DNA from: Escherichia coli
GTDB lineage: Bacteria; Pseudomonadota; Gammaproteobacteria; Enterobacterales; Enterobacteriaceae
Direction: 5' to 3' (one strand)
Length of the DNA stretch: 64,000 nucleotides
Assembly: GCF_024502345.1 (NCBI RefSeq)
Contig: NZ_JALDNN010000001.1
The notes beneath the pieces were generated by a model that saw only the letters and a list, made by a program, of their open reading frames with translations, ran no database searches and was not told the origin of the DNA. The position numbers were made by a program, and so were the translations under genes. Each line of letters starts with the position of its first letter. Position 1 is the stretch's first letter. Of the stretch, positions 19,444 to 29,388 are shown in pieces.

Positions 19444-21522
19444 TTAAATCAATGCCGATTTATCAATTCCCAGTCGCTTCATCCGTGACAGCAGGGTCGT
19501 GCGTTTCAGCCCCAGACGTTGCGCAGCGCCTTTAGGCCCGGCAACCACGCCGTTAGTTTCTTTCAGCACGCGAACAATCAACTGATATTCATCTTCGCCC
19601 TCCTGAGCGACAACCGTTGCGGCAGGCGGCGTTTCAGGCTCCGGTAAAGCAATATCTGGCAATGACAACTGCAGCACGTTGCCGCGTGTTAGCAATACCG
19701 CGCGCTCAATGACGTTTTCCAGTTCGCGTACGTTACCCGGCCACTCCATATTGCTCAAGGTGCGCAACGTCTCGGCAGGAATGCTGTCGATATTGCGCCC
19801 CAGACGACGGGCAATTTTGAAGGTAAAGGCTTTCGCCAGCAGCGGAATATCTTCCGGACGCTCGCGTAGTGGCGGAAGGTGAATCGGGAATACGTTCAGG
19901 CGGTAATAGAGATCGCTACGGAACTCACGGTCGGCGACCATTTTTTTCAGATCGCGGTTAGTCGCGGCAATTAAACGTACGTCCGTCTGAATGATTTTGT
20001 TGCTGCCGAGACGTTCAAACTCCTGTTCCTGCAATACACGCAGCAACTTCGGCTGTAACTCCAGTGGCATATCGCCCACTTCGTCGAGGAACAGGGAGCT
20101 TTTATCCGCCAGTTCAAAACGACCAATGCGCTGGGCGCTGGCACCGGTAAAAGCCCCACGCTCATGACCAAACAGATCGCTTTCCAGTAATCCGGCAGGC
20201 ATCGCCGCGCAGTTCATTTTGACCATGCGGCGATTATTACGCCCACTGAGATTATGGATCGCGCGGGCAATCAGCTCTTTACCCGTGCCAGTTTCACCGA
20301 GGATCAGCACGGTACTGTCACTTTGCGCCACCATTTCAACTTGTTTAAGCACGCTGTACATGGCTTCGCTGCGGCCAATAATCTCGCCAAATTCACTATC
20401 AACATTGTTGAGCTGCTCGGTCAGGGCGAGGTTTTCATCAACCAGCCGTTCTTTCAGACGATGGATTTCCTGATAGGCGAGGGCGTTATCGACAGCGATT
20501 GCCACACGTTCGGCAATCTGGCGCAGTAAATTCAGATTGGTAGTGGTAAACACTTTCTCTTCGCATTGCGCCAGTTTCAGCACGCCCAGCATGGTGTCGC
20601 CAGACATCAGCGGTAACAGGCACAAGGTTTGAATCTGGTTGCCCCAGGTGTCGAACAACATGCGTTCATAGGGGGCTAAATCGTCCCGCTCGTGGAGATT
20701 GATCAGCAGCATCTCTTTACTTTTGAACACGCGTTCGGTGAGGGTTCCGGCTTCATCGACTTCGCTCTGTTCGTGGGCGGGATGTTGTTTATCAAGATAG
20801 TGAGTGGAGTAGATGTTGAGTTTGTTTTTACGGTGGCTGCGTAAGACAATGCTGATATCGTCAATGTCGAAATAGTAATGGATTTCTTTGGCGACTTCGC
20901 TGACCAGTTCGTCCATATCCAGGCGGGAAAGCACCGCGTTGGTGATGGCGACCAGGATGCGGAAGTTATCGCGTTCCCGGCATAACAACTCATAGTCGAC
21001 ATTGTTAACGACGCGACTCTGGATTTGTTCGGTGATGACAGAAACGATCTGCGTAAATGTTTGCAGACGATTGAACTCTTTTTCGCTCCAGGGGCGATCG
21101 TCATAACGAATAAATTCACAGCCACCAAAAATATGCCCTTCCGCCGCCAGTGGCATCAGGCAATAGTGACCAAATTTTGGGTATAGCCCACCTGCGGCCA
21201 GCTGCGGCCAGGTTTCACAAAATTCTTCGTAACTGCAATGCAGCGTATCAGGGCGCGACAAAATGCTGCGTACCGGACCGTGTGCCAGAACAGTTTCGTC
21301 TTCATATTTAATGGGGGTGTCTTTTTCACGCGATGCGTAATAAGACGCACGTTGAGTCTGCGCTTGCCACAACACAATAGCCGCGTTGTCGGCGAGCGCA
21401 GAACGCTTTACCAGTTGCGAAAGAGCCTCACACAGCGAGGCCAGATCGGGCTGCTGCAATAGTGTCCGAGTGATGTCGAACAACCCTTGCTGTCCGAGAT
21501 CACTCATCGGTGTATATGACAT
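19444..21522 (-). CDS. fhlA: formate hydrogenlyase transcriptional activator FhlA (sigma54-dependent)
   Basis: Protein MSYTPMSDLGQQGLF... with AAA+ sigma54-interaction domain ([14 protein letters not shown]) and C-terminal HTH; start 12 codons inside the track ORF. Confidence 0.95.
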   Translation of the reverse strand: MSYTPMSDLGQQGLFDITRTLLQQPDLASLCEALSQLVKRSALADNAAIVLWQAQTQRASYYASREKDTPIKYEDETVLAHGPVRSILSRPDTLHCSYEEFCETWPQLAAGGLYPKFGHYCLMPLAAEGHIFGGCEFIRYDDRPWSEKEFNRLQTFTQIVSVITEQIQSRVVNNVDYELLCRERDNFRILVAITNAVLSRLDMDELVSEVAKEIHYYFDIDDISIVLRSHRKNKLNIYSTHYLDKQHPAHEQSEVDEAGTLTERVFKSKEMLLINLHERDDLAPYERMLFDTWGNQIQTLCLLPLMSGDTMLGVLKLAQCEEKVFTTTNLNLLRQIAERVAIAVDNALAYQEIHRLKERLVDENLALTEQLNNVDSEFGEIIGRSEAMYSVLKQVEMVAQSDSTVLILGETGTGKELIARAIHNLSGRNNRRMVKMNCAAMPAGLLESDLFGHERGAFTGASAQRIGRFELADKSSLFLDEVGDMPLELQPKLLRVLQEQEFERLGSNKIIQTDVRLIAATNRDLKKMVADREFRSDLYYRLNVFPIHLPPLRERPEDIPLLAKAFTFKIARRLGRNIDSIPAETLRTLSNMEWPGNVRELENVIERAVLLTRGNVLQLSLPDIALPEPETPPAATVVAQEGEDEYQLIVRVLKETNGVVAGPKGAAQRLGLKRTTLLSRMKRLGIDKSALI

Positions 21523-21595
21523 TTTGTTCTTCCAGGAAAGCACCGCAAAGCGGTGCAAAAGGTCATTGACTAACTATAGGAGATTTAGAATTTTA

Positions 21596-22606
21596 TTAGC
21601 ATATACGCGGAAGCGGTTCGGCGTGTGGTAAATCGAGGGTTCGTTTCACGCCATACAGACCGGCAAGACGAACACCTTTACGTTCCACCACTTCACCAAT
21701 CAGCGCCGCGTCTTTCCCCAGTGGATGGGAATGTAACGCTGCCAGCACTTGCTCTGCCGCGTTGCGTTCAACGGCGATCACCAGTTTGCCTTCGTTGGCA
21801 AAGTTCAGGGCGTCCAGTCCCAGCAGTTCGCAAACGCCGCGCACGGCTGGTTTAACCGGCAGTGCCGCTTCTGAAATTTCAATACCACAACCGCAGGCTG
21901 CCGCGAACTCATGTACCACCGCGTTTACACCACCACGGGTGGCATCACGCAGCGCTTTCACGCCGGGAATGTCACGCAGCGTCTGAATAAGCGGCGTTAG
22001 TACCGCGCAGTCGCTGACCAGTTCGCCATCCAGCCCCAGCTGCTCACGCAAGTTAAGGATAGTCGCCCCGTGGTCGCCGAGTGTACCGCTAACCAGTAAT
22101 ACATCGCCTGCGGTTAGCGTCTGTGCGCCCCAGTGAATATTCGCCGGAATTGCGCCCATGCCAGCGGTGTTGATAAACAGTTTATCTGCCGCGCCGCGCT
22201 GCACCACTTTAGTATCGCCAGTGACGATGGCAATGCCTGCCGCGCGCGCGGTTTCTGCCATGCTGGTCACTACGGCTTTCAGTGTCTCCATCGGCAATCC
22301 TTCTTCGAGGATAAAGCCACAGGAGAGATAGCGCGGAATGGCACCACTGACCGCAACGTCATTGGCTGTGCCGCAAATCGCCAGCTTGCCGATATTACCG
22401 CCAGGAAAGAACAGCGGGTCAATGACGTAACTGTCGGTGGAGAACGCCAGACGGTCGCCTTCCGCTACCAGCTGCGCCAGATCAAGACGAGCCTGATCTT
22501 CCTGCTCTGCCAGCCACGGGTTGGCAAAGGCTTCCATAAACAGACTGTTGATTAATTGCTGCATCGCCTGGCCGCCGCTGCCGTGGGCGAGTTGGATATT
22601 ATTCAC
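21596..22606 (-). CDS. hypE: hydrogenase maturation protein HypE
   Basis: 336-aa protein recognised as HypE; ends ...PRIC. Confidence 0.95.
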   Translation of the reverse strand: MNNIQLAHGSGGQAMQQLINSLFMEAFANPWLAEQEDQARLDLAQLVAEGDRLAFSTDSYVIDPLFFPGGNIGKLAICGTANDVAVSGAIPRYLSCGFILEEGLPMETLKAVVTSMAETARAAGIAIVTGDTKVVQRGAADKLFINTAGMGAIPANIHWGAQTLTAGDVLLVSGTLGDHGATILNLREQLGLDGELVSDCAVLTPLIQTLRDIPGVKALRDATRGGVNAVVHEFAAACGCGIEISEAALPVKPAVRGVCELLGLDALNFANEGKLVIAVERNAAEQVLAALHSHPLGKDAALIGEVVERKGVRLAGLYGVKRTLDLPHAEPLPRIC

Positions 22607-23724
22607 GCTTCACTCTCCTGCTGACGATACTGATACCACGCGGCGCACGCTCCTTCGGAGGAAACCATCAGCGCACCAAACGCGGTTTGAGGATTACAGG
22701 TGTTACCAAACAGCGGGCATTGATGCGGCTTACATTTGCCCGTTAATACTTCACCACAACGCGCACGCGGGTCATCGCAGACCTGCTGCGGTGCCGGGCG
22801 GAAATGTGCTTCGGCATCGAATCGTTGATAATCCGGCGTCAGGTGCACGCCAGAAGATTCAATCACGCCTAAGCCGCGCCATTCGCTGTCGCCGTTGACA
22901 CAGAACACATCGGCAATCGCCTGTTGCGCCAGCAGGTTACCGGCATCCGGTACCACCCGACGATACTGATTCTCTACCTTGCTGTGGGCCGCTATTTTCT
23001 GCTCCACCAGCATGACCACGCCTTGCAGTAGATCAAGGGGTTCGAAACCAGCGACCACCAGCGGACGATGAAAATCGCTGGCGATAAAATTATAGGCATC
23101 AGTGCCGATAACCATACTAACGTGGCCCGGCGCGAGGAACGCGTCGATACCGTTATCCGGCTGTTCCAGCAAACTGCGAAGCGTCGGGATAAGCGTAATG
23201 TGCTGGCAGAAGAAGTAAAAATTCTGCACATCACGCGCTTTCGCCTGTTGCAGAGTGATGGCGGTGGTCGGCATGGTGGTTTCAAAACCTAAGCCGAAGA
23301 ACACCACTTTGCGGGTTGGATTCTCCTGCGCCAGTTTCAACGCATCCATCGGCGAGTAAACGATGCGCACATCGGCACCGCGTGCTTTTGCCTGCAACAG
23401 CGATCCCTGTTTCCCCGGCACGCGCATGGCGTCGCCAAAGGTACAGAAGATGACTTCCGGATGGCTGGCAATCTCCACGCAGGTGTCGATTCTGCCCATC
23501 GGCAGTACGCACACCGGGCAACCCGGACCGTGGATAAACTCAACATTTTCAGGCAGTAACTGGTCGAGGCCGAATTTAAAAATGGCGTGGGTATGACCAC
23601 CGCACACTTCCATAATCCGCAGAGGGCGTTCGGCGGTGTAAGAGAGATGTGAAGCACGTTCGCGCAGATGCTCAATTAACTGCATCACCTGTTCCGGCGC
23701 GCGATATTCATCAACAAAACGCAT
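22603..23724 (-). CDS. hypD: hydrogenase maturation protein HypD
   Basis: 373-aa protein recognised as HypD; overlaps hypE start. Confidence 0.95.
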   Translation of the reverse strand: MRFVDEYRAPEQVMQLIEHLRERASHLSYTAERPLRIMEVCGGHTHAIFKFGLDQLLPENVEFIHGPGCPVCVLPMGRIDTCVEIASHPEVIFCTFGDAMRVPGKQGSLLQAKARGADVRIVYSPMDALKLAQENPTRKVVFFGLGFETTMPTTAITLQQAKARDVQNFYFFCQHITLIPTLRSLLEQPDNGIDAFLAPGHVSMVIGTDAYNFIASDFHRPLVVAGFEPLDLLQGVVMLVEQKIAAHSKVENQYRRVVPDAGNLLAQQAIADVFCVNGDSEWRGLGVIESSGVHLTPDYQRFDAEAHFRPAPQQVCDDPRARCGEVLTGKCKPHQCPLFGNTCNPQTAFGALMVSSEGACAAWYQYRQQESEA

Positions 23725-23996
23725 TATTTTTCCTCGCCATACAACAGCGCGCCGACATCCGGCTCAACGTCAAACATGTTTTGTAAGGCGTCGAGAGTGT
23801 CGCGTGCTTCGGCTTCATTAATTACGCTCATGGCAAAGCCAACGTGTACCAGTACCCACTGGCCCACGCGCGGCTGACCGTTTTCATCGCAGCTGCCGAC
23901 TAACGTTAAATCGACATCGCGCTGAATGCCGCAGACGTCGACTTTCGCCTGGTTGCCGTCAATGGTGCGGATCTGGCCGGGAACGCCTATGCACAT
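23724..23996 (-). CDS. hypC: hydrogenase maturation chaperone HypC
   Basis: Starts MCIGVPGQI... (90 aa); track ORF has 9 extra upstream codons. Confidence 0.9.
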   Translation of the reverse strand: MCIGVPGQIRTIDGNQAKVDVCGIQRDVDLTLVGSCDENGQPRVGQWVLVHVGFAMSVINEAEARDTLDALQNMFDVEPDVGALLYGEEK

Positions 23997-24859
23997 CGCT
24001 GTGTCTCCAGCCAGTTCAGCCACTGGTCCATCCCTTCACCGCTGGTGGCGGAAATAAGGATGATTTCAATTTCTGGATTGACTTCGCGGGCGCAGGCGAT
24101 GCACTTCTCAACGTCAAAGTTGAGATACGGCAACAGGTCAACTTTGTTGAGCAGCATCAGCGAGGCGGCGGCAAACATATGCGGATATTTCAGCGGTTTG
24201 TCTTCACCTTCGGTAACGGAAAGCACCGCCACTTTGTGTTTTTCACCGAGATCGAAGCTGGCCGGGCATACGAGGTTGCCAACGTTTTCGATAAACAGAA
24301 TACCGTTATCGTCCAGTGGCAGACGCGGTGCGGCGTCGGCAATCATCTGTGCGTCAAGATGGCAGCCTTTACCGGTGTTCACCTGAATCGCTGGTGTGCC
24401 GGTAGCGCGAATGCGTGCGGCATCGTTCACGGTTTGCTGATCGCCTTCAATAACCGCGCACGGAACGCTGTCTTTCAGGCGCATTAAGGTTTCCGTCAGC
24501 AGGGTGGTTTTACCGGAACCAGGGCTGGAAACCAGGTTGAGCACCAGTTGCTTGCGGGCAGCAAAGCGCGCGCGGTTGCGTTCAGCCAGACGGTTATTTT
24601 TGTCCAGCACGTCAATTTCGACTTCCAGCATCCGGCGCTGGCTCATGCCCGGCGCGTGAGTGCCCGCTTCGCCATGACCGTAATGCAGGTCGCCTTCTTC
24701 AGTCTGGCTGGGGGTAAATTCAGGCGTTTTAATGCCGGTGATTTTCATCTTCGGGCGTGCCGCCGGGGCAAATGGCGCGCTACGAAACGCGGAATGAGGG
24801 TTATGTTCATCACCCTCGATATACAGGTTGCCTTCACCGCAACCGCATGTTGTACACAT
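23987..24859 (-). CDS. hypB: hydrogenase nickel-incorporation GTPase HypB
   Basis: 290 aa with His-rich N-region and GSGKTT P-loop. Confidence 0.95.
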   Translation of the reverse strand: MCTTCGCGEGNLYIEGDEHNPHSAFRSAPFAPAARPKMKITGIKTPEFTPSQTEEGDLHYGHGEAGTHAPGMSQRRMLEVEIDVLDKNNRLAERNRARFAARKQLVLNLVSSPGSGKTTLLTETLMRLKDSVPCAVIEGDQQTVNDAARIRATGTPAIQVNTGKGCHLDAQMIADAAPRLPLDDNGILFIENVGNLVCPASFDLGEKHKVAVLSVTEGEDKPLKYPHMFAAASLMLLNKVDLLPYLNFDVEKCIACAREVNPEIEIILISATSGEGMDQWLNWLETQRCA

Positions 24860-24862
24860 CGC

Positions 24863-25213
24863 TCACTCCTGGTCTATTTCTATCCGCCGAATCTGTAAAC
24901 CGTCGTCTGCCACAATCTGTAGCATGTCACCATGACACTGTGGACAGCGGCGGACTCGCTGGGTCAGTAGCGTCACATACTGTTGGCATGTTTCACACCA
25001 GCATTCGGCCTCTTGTTCTTCGAGGTGCAGTTTACAACCTTCCGCCACGCTGCCGCGGCAAACCAGATCAAAACAAAAGGCAAGAGAGCTGGTTTCGACA
25101 CAAGAAAATGCGCCAATTTTGAGCCAGACCCCAGTTACGCGTTTTGCGCCGTGTTTTGCGGCCTGCTGTTCGATCAATTCCAGTGCCCGTTGGCAGAGGG
25201 TTATTTCGTGCAT
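24863..25213 (-). CDS. hypA: hydrogenase nickel-insertion protein HypA
   Basis: MHEITLCQRALE... with two CxxC pairs; start 4 codons inside the track ORF. Confidence 0.93.
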   Translation of the reverse strand: MHEITLCQRALELIEQQAAKHGAKRVTGVWLKIGAFSCVETSSLAFCFDLVCRGSVAEGCKLHLEEQEAECWCETCQQYVTLLTQRVRRCPQCHGDMLQIVADDGLQIRRIEIDQE

Positions 25214-25242
25214 ATCGCCTCCCATTAACTATTGCCAGCTAC

Positions 25243-25259
25243 AAGCAATAATTGTGCCA
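25243..25259 (-). promoter_or_regulatory. sigma54 (-24/-12) promoter for the hyp operon
   Basis: Minus strand reads TGGCAC-aatta-TTGC (plus strand GCAAtaattGTGCCA) with correct GG-to-GC spacing. Confidence 0.75.
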
Positions 25260-25372
25260 GTGTTGATTATCCCTACAGTGAATAATGTCGATGATGTCGA
25301 AATGACACGTCGACACGGCGACGAAATTCACCAAAATCTTAAAAATCGCTTTAATAACAATAAATTAAAAGT

Positions 25373-25388
25373 TGGCACAAAAAATGCT
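25373..25388 (+). promoter_or_regulatory. sigma54 (-24/-12) promoter for the hyc operon
   Basis: TGGCACaaaaaaTGCT with correct GG-N10-GC spacing, ~40 bp upstream of hycA. Confidence 0.75.
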
Positions 25389-25424
25389 TAAAGCTGGCAT
25401 CTCTGTTAAACGGGTAACCTGACA

Positions 25425-25886
25425 ATGACTATTTGGGAAATAAGCGAGAAAGCCGATTACATCGCACAGCGGCATCGTCGCCTACAGGACCAGTGGCACA
25501 TCTACTGCAATTCGCTGGTTCAGGGGATCACGTTATCGAAAGCGCGCCTGCATCACGCCATGAGCTGCGCGCCGGACAAAGAACTCTGTTTCGTCCTTTT
25601 TGAACATTTTCGTATTTACGTCACCCTGGCGGATGGCTTTAACAGCCACACCATCGAGTATTACGTCGAAACAAAAGATGGCGAAGACAAACAGCGGATT
25701 GCGCAGGCGCAACTGAGCATTGACGGCATGATTGATGGCAAGGTCAACATCCGCGATCGCGAACAGGTTCTGGAACACTATCTCGAAAAAATCGCTGGCG
25801 TTTACGACAGCTTATACACCGCTATTGAAAACAATGTGCCGGTGAATTTAAGCCAACTGGTAAAGGGACAAAGCCCGGCAGCATGA
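25425..25886 (+). CDS. hycA: formate hydrogenlyase regulatory protein HycA
   Basis: 153-aa protein recognised as HycA. Confidence 0.95.
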   Translation: MTIWEISEKADYIAQRHRRLQDQWHIYCNSLVQGITLSKARLHHAMSCAPDKELCFVLFEHFRIYVTLADGFNSHTIEYYVETKDGEDKQRIAQAQLSIDGMIDGKVNIRDREQVLEHYLEKIAGVYDSLYTAIENNVPVNLSQLVKGQSPAA

Positions 25887-26010
25887 GCTGAGGCTTTGCC
25901 CGTTTTGCAGGCGTTACGCCTGTTTGGGGATGGGCGTGTCGATGAGTGTCGAAAATGACATTTCATCGGCATGTTTTCGTCAAAAATGACAATCACCTGA
26001 GGAATGCCTG

Positions 26011-26622
26011 GTGAATCGTTTTGTAATTGCTGACTCCACGCTCTGTATCGGCTGCCACACTTGTGAGGCCGCCTGTTCAGAGACGCATCGCCAGCACGGC
26101 CTGCAATCAATGCCGCGCCTGAGAGTGATGCTAAATGAAAAAGAATCTGCGCCGCAGCTCTGTCACCACTGTGAAGATGCACCCTGCGCGGTGGTCTGCC
26201 CGGTTAACGCCATCACCCGCGTTGATGGGGCCGTGCAGTTGAATGAAAGCCTGTGCGTAAGCTGCAAACTGTGCGGCATCGCCTGCCCGTTTGGCGCAAT
26301 TGAATTTTCCGGCAGCCGTCCGCTGGATATTCCGGCAAACGCCAATACCCCGAAAGCGCCACCGGCACCGCCTGCTCCGGCGCGTGTCAGCACATTGCTT
26401 GACTGGGTGCCAGGTATTCGCGCGATCGCCGTCAAATGTGACCTTTGTAGCTTTGATGAACAAGGTCCGGCCTGCGTGCGGATGTGCCCGACTAAAGCCC
26501 TGCATCTGGTGGATAACACCGATATCGCCCGCGTCAGCAAACGTAAGCGTGAGCTGACCTTTAACACGGACTTTGGCGATCTCACCTTGTTTCAGCAGGC
26601 TCAAAGTGGAGAGGCTAAATGA
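26011..26622 (+). CDS. hycB: formate hydrogenlyase subunit HycB (4Fe-4S ferredoxin-type)
   Basis: 203 aa with multiple CxxCxxCxxxCP clusters. Confidence 0.95.
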   Translation: MNRFVIADSTLCIGCHTCEAACSETHRQHGLQSMPRLRVMLNEKESAPQLCHHCEDAPCAVVCPVNAITRVDGAVQLNESLCVSCKLCGIACPFGAIEFSGSRPLDIPANANTPKAPPAPPAPARVSTLLDWVPGIRAIAVKCDLCSFDEQGPACVRMCPTKALHLVDNTDIARVSKRKRELTFNTDFGDLTLFQQAQSGEAK

Positions 26623-28445
26623 GCGCAATTTCCCTGATCAATAGCGGCGTGGCGTGGTTTGTCGCCGCCGCTGTTCTGGCATTTCTCTTTTCTTTTCAAA
26701 AGGCGCTAAGCGGCTGGATAGCCGGAATTGGCGGCGCGGTTGGTAGTCTGTATACGGCAGCCGCGGGCTTCACTGTACTGACTGGCGCGGTTGGCGTGAG
26801 CGGTGCGCTGTCGCTGGTAAGCTACGATGTGCAAATCTCTCCGCTTAACGCGATTTGGCTGATTACGCTCGGTCTGTGCGGTCTGTTTGTCAGCCTCTAC
26901 AACATTGACTGGCATCGCCACGCGCAGGTGAAGTGCAACGGCTTGCAGATCAATATGTTGATGGCTGCCGCCGTCTGCGCCGTCATTGCCAGCAACCTCG
27001 GCATGTTCGTGGTAATGGCCGAAGTCATGGCCTTGTGTGCGGTGTTCCTCACCAGCAACAGCAAAGAGGGCAAACTGTGGTTTGCGCTGGGGCGTCTTGG
27101 CACTCTGCTGCTGGCGATTGCTTGCTGGCTGCTGTGGCAGCGTTACGGCACGCTGGATCTGCGCCTGCTGGATATGCGTATGCAACAGCTGCCGCTCGGT
27201 TCCGATATCTGGCTGCTCGGTGTGATTGGCTTTGGCCTGCTGGCCGGGATTATTCCGCTGCACGGCTGGGTGCCGCAGGCACATGCGAACGCCTCTGCGC
27301 CAGCTGCCGCGTTGTTTTCTACGGTAGTCATGAAAATTGGCCTGCTGGGCATTTTAACCCTGTCGCTGCTGGGCGGTAATGCACCGCTGTGGTGGGGGAT
27401 CGCGCTGCTGGTGCTCGGCATGATCACCGCGTTCGTCGGTGGTCTGTATGCGTTGATGGAACACAACATCCAGCGCCTGCTGGCTTACCACACCCTGGAA
27501 AATATCGGCATTATCCTGCTGGGGCTGGGCGCTGGCGTAACGGGTATCGCGCTCGAACAACCGGCGCTGATTGCCCTTGGTCTGGTCGGTGGTCTGTACC
27601 ATCTGCTTAACCATAGCCTGTTCAAAAGCGTACTGTTCCTCGGGGCGGGGAGCGTCTGGTTCCGTACCGGTCATCGCGATATCGAAAAACTCGGTGGTAT
27701 TGGCAAGAAAATGCCGGTTATCTCCATCGCCATGTTAGTCGGGCTGATGGCAATGGCTGCGCTGCCGCCACTGAACGGTTTTGCCGGGGAATGGGTTATC
27801 TATCAATCCTTTTTCAAACTGAGCAATAGTGGCGCGTTTGTTGCCCGTCTGCTGGGGCCGCTGCTCGCTGTGGGTCTGGCAATTACCGGTGCGCTGGCGG
27901 TGATGTGTATGGCGAAAGTCTATGGCGTCACGTTCCTCGGCGCGCCGCGTACCAAAGAAGCCGAAAACGCCTCCTGTGCACCGATCCTGATGAGCGTAAG
28001 CGTAGTGGCACTGGCGATTTGCTGCGTAATTGGCGGTGTTGCTGCGCCGTGGCTGCTGCCGATGCTCTCTGCTGCTGTACCTCTGCCTCTGGAGCCTGCT
28101 AACACCACCGTTTCTCAACCAATGATCACATTGCTGCTGATTGCCTGCCCGCTGCTGCCATTCATCATTATGGCGATTTGCAAAGGCGACCGCCTGCCGT
28201 CACGTTCCCGCGGTGCGGCCTGGGTGTGCGGCTACGACCATGAAAAATCAATGGTGATTACCGCTCACGGTTTTGCCATGCCGGTGAAACAGGCGTTTGC
28301 GCCAGTGCTGAAACTGCGCAAATGGCTGAATCCGGTGTCGCTGGTGCCGGGCTGGCAGTGCGAAGGTAGTGCGTTGCTGTTCCGCCGGATGGCGCTGGTT
28401 GAACTGGCGGTACTGGTGGTGATTATTGTTTCACGAGGAGCCTGA
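26619..28445 (+). CDS. hycC: formate hydrogenlyase membrane subunit HycC
   Basis: 608-aa polytopic membrane protein; start overlaps hycB stop. Confidence 0.95.
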   Translation: MSAISLINSGVAWFVAAAVLAFLFSFQKALSGWIAGIGGAVGSLYTAAAGFTVLTGAVGVSGALSLVSYDVQISPLNAIWLITLGLCGLFVSLYNIDWHRHAQVKCNGLQINMLMAAAVCAVIASNLGMFVVMAEVMALCAVFLTSNSKEGKLWFALGRLGTLLLAIACWLLWQRYGTLDLRLLDMRMQQLPLGSDIWLLGVIGFGLLAGIIPLHGWVPQAHANASAPAAALFSTVVMKIGLLGILTLSLLGGNAPLWWGIALLVLGMITAFVGGLYALMEHNIQRLLAYHTLENIGIILLGLGAGVTGIALEQPALIALGLVGGLYHLLNHSLFKSVLFLGAGSVWFRTGHRDIEKLGGIGKKMPVISIAMLVGLMAMAALPPLNGFAGEWVIYQSFFKLSNSGAFVARLLGPLLAVGLAITGALAVMCMAKVYGVTFLGAPRTKEAENASCAPILMSVSVVALAICCVIGGVAAPWLLPMLSAAVPLPLEPANTTVSQPMITLLLIACPLLPFIIMAICKGDRLPSRSRGAAWVCGYDHEKSMVITAHGFAMPVKQAFAPVLKLRKWLNPVSLVPGWQCEGSALLFRRMALVELAVLVVIIVSRGA

Positions 28446-28447
28446 GA

Positions 28448-29371
28448 ATGAGTGTTTTATATCCGTTAATTCAGGCGCTGGTGTTATTTGCCTTTGCGCC
28501 GCTGCTCTCCGGTATTACCCGCGTGGCGCGCGCCCGTCTGCATAACCGTCGTGGGCCGGGTGTGTTGCAGGAGTATCGTGACATTTTCAAACTGCTGGGC
28601 CGCCAGAGCGTTGGCCCGGATGCCTCCGGCTGGGTGTTCCGCCTGACGCCGTATGTGATGGTGGGCGTCATGCTGACTATCGCTACTGCGCTGCCGGTGG
28701 TGACCGTCGGTTCTCCGCTGCCGCAACTGGGTGATTTAATCACCTTACTGTATCTCTTTGCCATCGCGCGTTTCTTCTTTGCCATTTCTGGTCTGGATAC
28801 CGGTAGCCCGTTTACCGCTATCGGCGCGAGCCGTGAAGCGATGCTTGGCGTGCTGGTCGAACCGATGCTTCTGCTTGGTCTGTGGGTTGCCGCACAGGTT
28901 GCCGGTTCCACCAACATCAGCAACATCACCGACACCGTTTATCACTGGCCGCTGAGCCAGAGCATCCCGCTGGTACTGGCGCATTGTGCCTGTGCGTTCG
29001 CCACCTTTATCGAAATGGGCAAACTGCCGTTCGACCTGGCGGAAGCCGAGCAGGAGCTGCAGGAAGGCCCGCTCTCTGAATACAGCGGCAGCGGCTTTGG
29101 CGTCATGAAATGGGGTATCAGCCTGAAACAGCTGGTGGTGCTGCAGATGTTCGTCGGCGTATTTATCCCGTGGGGACAGATGGAAACCTTCACCGCCGGT
29201 GGGCTGCTGCTGGCGCTGGTGATTGCCATCGTCAAACTGGTCGTCGGCGTCCTGGTTATCGCGCTGTTCGAAAACAGCATGGCCCGTCTGCGTCTTGATA
29301 TTACTCCGCGCATTACCTGGGCTGGGTTTGGCTTTGCATTTTTAGCGTTCGTCTCCTTGCTGGCGGCGTGA
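28448..29371 (+). CDS. hycD: formate hydrogenlyase membrane subunit HycD
   Basis: 307-aa membrane protein. Confidence 0.95.
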   Translation: MSVLYPLIQALVLFAFAPLLSGITRVARARLHNRRGPGVLQEYRDIFKLLGRQSVGPDASGWVFRLTPYVMVGVMLTIATALPVVTVGSPLPQLGDLITLLYLFAIARFFFAISGLDTGSPFTAIGASREAMLGVLVEPMLLLGLWVAAQVAGSTNISNITDTVYHWPLSQSIPLVLAHCACAFATFIEMGKLPFDLAEAEQELQEGPLSEYSGSGFGVMKWGISLKQLVVLQMFVGVFIPWGQMETFTAGGLLLALVIAIVKLVVGVLVIALFENSMARLRLDITPRITWAGFGFAFLAFVSLLAA

Positions 29372-29388
29372 TTAAAGAGAGTTTGAGC

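Noticed and set aside
26131-26628. 165-aa and 140-aa minus-strand ORFs
   Set aside because: Antisense to hycB; shadow ORFs.
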